From the NCBI RefSeq assembly GCF_028368995.1, contig NZ_JAQNDL010000001.1, forward strand, positions 3,776,001-3,840,000: a DNA stretch of 64,000 bases. The letters are read 5' to 3'. Position numbers and translations under genes: made by a program. A model generated the notes under the pieces. It saw only the letters and a program-made list of their open reading frames with translations. It was not told the DNA's origin and made no database searches. How positions within the stretch are numbered: position 1 is the first letter of the stretch; each line of letters starts with the position of its first letter. This DNA is from Nannocystis bainbridge. GTDB taxonomy: Bacteria; Myxococcota_A; Polyangia; Nannocystales; Nannocystaceae. Shown one piece after another: positions 61,376 through 64,000 of this stretch.

Positions 61376-63841
61376 GTGGCCTTCGGACCCGTCTTTCGCC
61401 CGCCGACCTGGGCGCTGTTCGCACTCGCCGCCCTCGCCGTCGTCGCGCTCAGCGCCTGGTCGATGGCCGCCTGCGGCCCGTGGGACCCGTGGGAGACCCA
61501 TTACGGCGAGGTCGCGCGGCAGATCCTCGTCCGGAACGACCCGCTCGACCTGTGGTGGAAGCCCGGAGTCGGCCCCGACGGCAACGCCGAGAACACCTTC
61601 TGGTCCAAGCCTGCCCTGCCGTTCTGGCTGATGGCCGTCAGCATGAAGCTGCTCGGCATCGGCCTCGGCGCCGCCCCTGACGAGATGGTGCGCGCCCCCT
61701 GGCCCGAGCTGGCGATCCGCCTGCCGAGCATGATCACCGGCCTGGGCTGCGCCGCCTTCCTCGGCTGGGCCTGCGCCCGCTTGCTCGCCGCCGCCCGCCC
61801 CGCCGAACCCGGCCAGGCGGTGCGCGCCGGCTTCTACACCGCCCTCGCCCTCGTCACCATGCCGCAGTGGGCGATCGTCAGCCGCCAGGCGCTGACCGAC
61901 ATGTTCTTCGTCGCCCCGGTGACGCTCGCCATGGCCGCCTGGGCCCTCGCCTGGCTGCGCCCCGACCGTGCGCTGGGCCGCCGCGCCCTCGTCGATCTGC
62001 TCCCGCGTCGCCTCCGATTCGTGAACTCCGGCGTCGGTCCCAATGGTCATGTCTCTTCCGACATGTCCAAAAAGACAGACATTACCGCGCCCGCGGACCT
62101 GTCCGCTCGTACAGGCGCCGCTCTGACCGCAGCCGGCGACATGTCCCCGAAGCCAGGCGATCCCGCGCTCGCGCCCGCGACCCCGGACCTGTCCGCATCG
62201 TCAGCTTCGCCGGCCCACGCGACCGATCTCTCGCGCCGCGCCGGGACCGATCTCCCGCGCGCCGACTCCGCCAACTCGACGCCTGCGGCCACCGGCTGGC
62301 GCGCGCGCCTGCCCGCGATCGGCCGCCTGCAGCTGCCGTGGGACCGGGCCTACCTCGGCTTCCTCCTGCTCTTCCTGCTCGCGGTGGTCGCCCCGATCGT
62401 CGCCCTCGACCTCCACGTCAGCAGCGACCACACCGTCGCCCGCGTGTCGCGCTTCGTGAAGAAGCCCGGCGTCCCCAACTTCGCCACCCTGGTGAAGATC
62501 CACCTCGTCATGCTCGGCTACGCCGCCGTGGCCCTGCTGGTGCTGCTGCGGACCCTCCGCTGGCGCACGCGGGCCCAGGTGTGGATGGGCGTGCTCTACC
62601 TCGCCGCCGGCATCTCGCTGATCGGCAAGGGCATGATCGGCCCGGGCCTGGTCGGCCTGCTGGTGCTGCTGCACCTGATCGTCGGCGGCCGCCTCACCCT
62701 CGCCAACCTGTGGCGCTGCGGCCCGCTGACGGGCCTCCTGCTGTTCGCGCTGGCCTCGCTGCCGTGGCACCACGCGATGTGGATCTACCGCGGCGACCCG
62801 TGGCTCAACGAGCTGATCATCGTCAACAACCTGGCCCGCTTCGGCAGCGGCGAGCAGGACCAGGCCGTCGGCGGCTTCGCCTACTACCTGCGCACCCTCG
62901 GCATCGCCGCCCTGCCGTGGTCGGCCGCCCTGCCCGCCGCGCTGTGGGCCGCCGCCCGCCGGCTGCGCGGTGACGGTCCTTCGGGGCATGTCCCCGAGGA
63001 CCTGTCGCAATCACCAGGTCCCGAAGGACATGTCGCCACGGACATGTCTCCCGCCCCGCGCGAGGCCACGGGCGAGCTGTGGCGCTTCGCCCTGCTGTGG
63101 TTCTTCGCCACCCTGGCGCTGCTGACCACCAGCGTCACCAAGTACTACCACTACCTGCTGCCGACCCTGCCGCCGCTGGCCCTGCTGCTGGGCCTGTGGC
63201 TGAGCGAGCCGGCCCCGGCCGCGCGGGACCGCAAGCTCGCCTGGGCCGCCGCGGGCCTCGGCGCCGCCCTGCTCGCGCTGGTCCTGCGCGACGCCATCGT
63301 CGAGCCGGCGTGGATCACCCACCTCACCACCTACCTCTACGACCACATGTGGCGCAACGGCGCGCCCGAGACCACGGGCCTGGTCGCCTGCGCCCTGCCG
63401 TTCGCCCTCGGCCTGGCGCTGTGGGCCGCGCGGCGCCAGCGGGCCGCGCTCGTCGCCATGCTGCTGGCCGGCTTCATCACCCTGCACTACACGCTCAACA
63501 GCTACCTGCCCGCGGTGTCGGAGCACTGGTCGCAGCGCTCGGCGCTCCGCCACTACTACGACCACCGCGGCCCCGACGACCCGCTGGCCAGCTGGTGGTT
63601 CTACTACCGCGGCGAGACCTTCTTTACGAAGGGCGCCGTGTGGGTGAAAAAAGAGGCCGACCGCGAGGCCCTGGCCGAGCTGATCGACGCCAACCGCGGC
63701 CACGGCCGCAACGTCTGGATCATCACCACCGGAGGCCACGGCGCCCGCGCCAAGAGCTCCCTGCCCGCCGACCTGCGCTCCCGCAGCGAGGTCGCCTACG
63801 ACAACGCCCACTACACCCTGCTCAAGGTCCCCGTCCCCTAG
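61376..63841 (+). CDS. ArnT-like GT-C glycosyltransferase (PMT/GT39-83 type)
   Basis: [36 protein letters not shown]; multi-TM; GTG start at 61376 inferred. Confidence 0.82.
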   Translation: MAFGPVFRPPTWALFALAALAVVALSAWSMAACGPWDPWETHYGEVARQILVRNDPLDLWWKPGVGPDGNAENTFWSKPALPFWLMAVSMKLLGIGLGAAPDEMVRAPWPELAIRLPSMITGLGCAAFLGWACARLLAAARPAEPGQAVRAGFYTALALVTMPQWAIVSRQALTDMFFVAPVTLAMAAWALAWLRPDRALGRRALVDLLPRRLRFVNSGVGPNGHVSSDMSKKTDITAPADLSARTGAALTAAGDMSPKPGDPALAPATPDLSASSASPAHATDLSRRAGTDLPRADSANSTPAATGWRARLPAIGRLQLPWDRAYLGFLLLFLLAVVAPIVALDLHVSSDHTVARVSRFVKKPGVPNFATLVKIHLVMLGYAAVALLVLLRTLRWRTRAQVWMGVLYLAAGISLIGKGMIGPGLVGLLVLLHLIVGGRLTLANLWRCGPLTGLLLFALASLPWHHAMWIYRGDPWLNELIIVNNLARFGSGEQDQAVGGFAYYLRTLGIAALPWSAALPAALWAAARRLRGDGPSGHVPEDLSQSPGPEGHVATDMSPAPREATGELWRFALLWFFATLALLTTSVTKYYHYLLPTLPPLALLLGLWLSEPAPAARDRKLAWAAAGLGAALLALVLRDAIVEPAWITHLTTYLYDHMWRNGAPETTGLVACALPFALGLALWAARRQRAALVAMLLAGFITLHYTLNSYLPAVSEHWSQRSALRHYYDHRGPDDPLASWWFYYRGETFFTKGAVWVKKEADREALAELIDANRGHGRNVWIITTGGHGARAKSSLPADLRSRSEVAYDNAHYTLLKVPVP
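62975..63048. repeat. Five-unit in-frame TGTC-N6-GACA array inside the ArnT-like gene
   Basis: GGTC CTTCGG GGCA TGTC CCCGAG GACC TGTC GCAATC ACCA GGTC CCGAAG GACA TGTC GCCACG GACA TGTC. Confidence 0.85.
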
Positions 63842-64000
63842 GACCTGTCCCGTGGGTCAGGCGACCTCGTCCGCAATAGTCGCGTCCCCCGCGGGAACGC
63901 GGCGCCTACGAGCTCAAGGTCCCTGTCCCCAGGGCCTGCCCCTTCACGAGCCCTCGCATCCGAACGCGCCGTCCAGTGCGCGAGCAGGCCACCACTCTCT

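Overview
GC-rich (about 70-75% by eye) bacterial chromosomal DNA. It is most consistent with a myxobacterium of the Nannocystis type: there is a MYXO-CTERM protein, Thr-rich-linker lipoproteins, a DUF1592/DUF1552 pair and a split F0 atp operon. About 48 protein-coding genes can be supported. Housekeeping genes include gyrA, hemL, atpB, atpE, queD, queG, rimK and orn. Other genes include a TamB/Omp85 pair, twin CPA2-USP antiporters behind an AAA ATPase, two di-haem cytochrome c peroxidase-like genes, a pair of HSP90/GHKL-like genes with a patatin, and small stress proteins. No rRNA, tRNA, CRISPR or transposase was found. The most striking unexplained signal is a highly iterated 14-bp interrupted palindrome, TGTC-N6-GACA. 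I count about 36 perfect copies by eye, against roughly 0.4 expected from base composition. It forms phased head-to-tail arrays with a 14-bp period and GACATGTC junctions. An array sits at every convergent gene junction in the window, and units are also written in-frame into many coding sequences, sometimes apparently at amino-acid cost. All functional calls come from motif recognition only; no database search was run.
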